Assembly (NCBI GenBank): GCA_043228905.1
Contig: JBHGNT010000107.1
Location: 1-64,000, forward strand
Reading direction: 5' to 3'
Length of the DNA stretch: 64,000 nucleotides
DNA from: Azolla caroliniana
Taxonomy: Eukaryota; Plantae; Polypodiophyta
The notes beneath the pieces were generated by a model that did not search any database, was not told the DNA's origin, and was given only the letters and a program-made list of their open reading frames with translations. Below, one piece after another: positions 61,078-64,000 of the stretch. Positions within the stretch are counted from its first letter, which is position 1, and each line of letters starts with the position of its first letter. Position numbers and translations under genes: made by a program.

Positions 61078-61571
61078 TAACAATTGGCACCGGTTCGGTT
61101 TGAGAGGGTCCAAACCGAATGCAACCGAACCGTTTAAAATTTATGAAACCTGAACCAAACCAAACCAAACCGGTAATCATTTTTCGAACCGTTAAACCAT
61201 TAAACCGTAAAAACCGCGGTTTCGTGGTTCGGTTTTGGTTTTCAACACAAGTCAAATTTTTAATTTTTAATTTATAAGTTTTTAAATTTTATAATATTTC
61301 AGTTTTTTAATATTTTAAAATTTTTAAGATGTTCCTAAAATGTGAGAATAAGGTCTAAAATGAAAAGATTGTTTAAAAACAATTTTTTAAATTTTTTAGA
61401 ATTTTTTTTATAATTTAAAAAAAAAATTTAATAAAAAATAAAAAACCATTAAACCGTTTAAACCGCGGTTTTTTACTGTTGATACCGAACCGAACCGTTG
61501 AAACCGTTAAGCCGTTAAACCTTGGTTTTGGCGGTTCGGTTCGGTTCAAACCGAATCGTTGCCAATTGTTA
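61078..61571. mobile_element. hAT-type MITE (494 bp)
   Basis: 26-bp TIRs TAACAATTGGCA(C/A)CG(G/A)TTCGGTTTGA. 8-bp TSD CTCGGTGC (61070-61077, 61572-61579). Subterminal AAACCG repeats and AT-rich core. Confidence 0.92.
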
Positions 61572-61724
61572 CTCGGTGCCTAGGATTTTCTCTCCCGACA
61601 TTTATTTTGTTAGCACGGTCTTGGGGAAATGCTCATATCTCCAAAATTGAGAAATGTCAGAATTGAGGAAATTTATCAGATGATTACATCTTAAAACGAT
61701 GTGTCATCTTAGATATAACTAGGG

Positions 61725-62160
61725 TGTTTTGGGTTCATGTTGCTTTTCTTCATGTCAAAGTAGAGTGGTGTATTCTTGAAACCACCCCTAGGTGAGTAGG
61801 TAATCCCTCATTTTGTTTGTTGATGAGTTCTCTAGCCATTTTGTCATCCTTGAATTGGGTGTAGGACTAAGGTAGTGTGATGTGATGTTTTTTTAGATTG
61901 CATTTTCAGTGGCTTTCACTTTCTTCATGTCACTATTTCCATCCCTTGCTCATGTTGGTATATATTTGTGTGTGACCTATATGTTGGGCTCGGGTAACCA
62001 TATTTGCTCTTATTTGCGACGAAACAATTGTTCATAAGCTTGCGCTAACTTTCTTTTTCTTTTTAGGTCACTAGATGTTCTCATCCATAATCAAGGGAAG
62101 AAGCATCACATTGGAACTATGCGATGAGGTATTGTACTTGTTGGTTAGAGGAGGTGGAGG
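61725..62160. repeat. Unclassified repeat, inverted copy of ~48430-48875
   Basis: GGGTTCATGTTGCTTTTCTTCATGTCAAAGTAGAGTGGTG and TATATGTTGGGCTCGGGTAACC occur as reverse complements near 48600-48870. Confidence 0.8.
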
Positions 62161-62638
62161 GTATTCCGAGCAATGGCATGCCATTTAATTATATCGAGGT
62201 TGATTTGTTGTACAATTACAATACTCTTGCTTGGTGGGGCATTCACTAACCATATTGGGGTAGTACCGTCTCATAATCTTCCATATGATTTTCACAAAGT
62301 TTTGGCATCCATCTTCATTTTTTTCTTCATCCAAGAACCTTTCATTTGATGTCATGAAAACTATTGTCTGGGTATGATTAATCTGCAAGACCATTGGAGC
62401 CTTGGATCGGAAGGAACCAAGGAAATGTTGTCGTGATGTGGGGAGCTCATGAGTGGGAATATATCAAACTTAGGATGTATAGGAAATCAAATGACAGAGC
62501 AAAGATATGACTTGACGGACATGAGACAAGATGAACTTAACCATAATAAAAGGCGTAGCTTAATCTTCAATAGCTTACAGTATCAATGAAATGTAAGGGG
62601 TTTGAGTATTGTCTCGATGAGGGGACAAGCGAACTTCA

Positions 62639-63093
62639 ATGGAACAAACCAAAGGAATGTGAATGGATGGACATGGTGATTGACATTTTTCTCACACCAA
62701 GCATTCGAGGAAGATAAGTGAAGGTGCATGCTAAAAAGTGAGATTCTATTGTCATTTTTTGAAGAGCCCTAGAGGCAAAAAAAAAAAAAAGAAGGAGAGG
62801 AGAGTCATTATCAAAGGAGGCTTGAAATTTGTCCAAGGCAGAAGAACTACTCAATTAAAATTTGATGGAACAAACCAAAGGAATGTGAATGGATGGACAT
62901 GGTGATTGACATTTTTCTCACACCAAGCATTCGAGGAAGATAAGTGAAGGTGCATGCTAAAAAGTGAGATTCTATTGTCATTTTTTGAAGAGCCCTAGAG
63001 GCAAAAAAAAAAAAAAGAAGGAGAGGAGAGTCATTATCAAAGGAGGCTTGAAATTTGTCCAAGGCAGAAGAACTACTCAATTAAAATTTGATG
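62639..63093. repeat. Perfect 226-bp tandem duplication
   Basis: 62639-62864 equals 62865-63090, including an A14 run. Confidence 0.95.
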
Positions 63094-63195
63094 ATCACTT
63101 AAACTCAAATGAAACATTCATATACCCAAGGAAATATTAATTAGATTCAATGTTCTTTTCACAATTGTTTATTGGCTTGAGGGTAAGATAACCAC

Positions 63196-63199
<4 letters not shown>

Positions 63200-63256
<57 letters not shown>
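63200..63256. repeat. (TC)n microsatellite
   Basis: Direct read. Others occur at ~31476-31524 and inside most LTRs. Confidence 0.95.
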
Positions 63257-63261
<5 letters not shown>

Positions 63262-64000
63262 TGATACATTTCTACACGTTCCTGTAGTTTCTGAACAATA
63301 AGATCTCACTTCCATGTTTTTTAGAACTTTCTTTACTTCAGATATGTGCATGAGTTGCACTTAGTTTAACTAAATATTTGACTATTATCTAAATAGTTAC
63401 AATATGTCAACGGTACAAAGAACAGTAGCAATGATTCTGGTCAATGTAACTAGCACTTCTCTTGTCCAAACGTCAACTGAAATCGAAGACCTCTAATGTG
63501 TTAGAGTAGCTTGAAAATCAACTACACCATCTAAACATATCAACGATATATATTTGTGTATCTAAATTGATCGTGGTGTAATAACAAGGTAGGATCCATT
63601 GAACAAAAGACAGTTCTTAGCTGAATCTCAATATATCATTTATTTACAAAAGAATTGTTTAGAACATGTTCCGCGTTGTAACTAGCCACTTTATTTGTCC
63701 AAATCCAAACTTGACCTAGAGACCTCTAGTGTGTAAGACTAGCGTGATAACCAACTACACTTCATGGTTTCAAATGAATTTGTTACTTTGATTGAACCAA
63801 TGTCACAACTACATGGGCATCACGAGTTTCCATTTTAGTGGCATTTAGCTCAAACAAGTCTCTAGATAGAAACACATAGCACTAATTGACGCAAGAAATG
63901 AAGATGTCGATTTTCTTGACTTAAGGTACATGCATGACTTCCAGTTAGTTTCACTAAATATATTGTGCATAAAGACAGATACCAATTCTTCTACTCATTC

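Overview
This is eukaryotic, plant-type heterochromatic DNA, almost entirely a nested stack of LTR retrotransposons. The mix of lineages suggests a non-seed plant such as a bryophyte or lycophyte, but that is inference. I can support no host protein-coding gene or RNA gene. Contents: (i) Ty1/Copia elements of several families, including a full-length copy (2544-8246, TSD GGAAA), solo LTRs and deleted or rearranged copies; (ii) three Tf1/sushi/Tcn1-like chromoviruses, one very young and structurally complete (21170-26940, TSD ATATC); (iii) Athila/OTA-like non-chromovirus Gypsy elements with a large conserved extra ORF downstream of integrase; (iv) a divergent Gypsy lineage plus a gag-only derivative with a tRNA-Trp PBS; (v) a hAT-type MITE, tandem duplications and long inverted repeats. 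The strongest signals are a self-priming (tRNA-independent) PBS geometry shared by two chromovirus families with different primer sequences, a -1 frameshift signal at gag/pol, a ~1000-codon conserved extra ORF, a 5' LTR reduced to a perfect 32-bp palindrome, and several repair-type rearrangements with visible microhomology or filler signatures. Coordinates and identities were read by eye; boundaries marked ~ are approximate.
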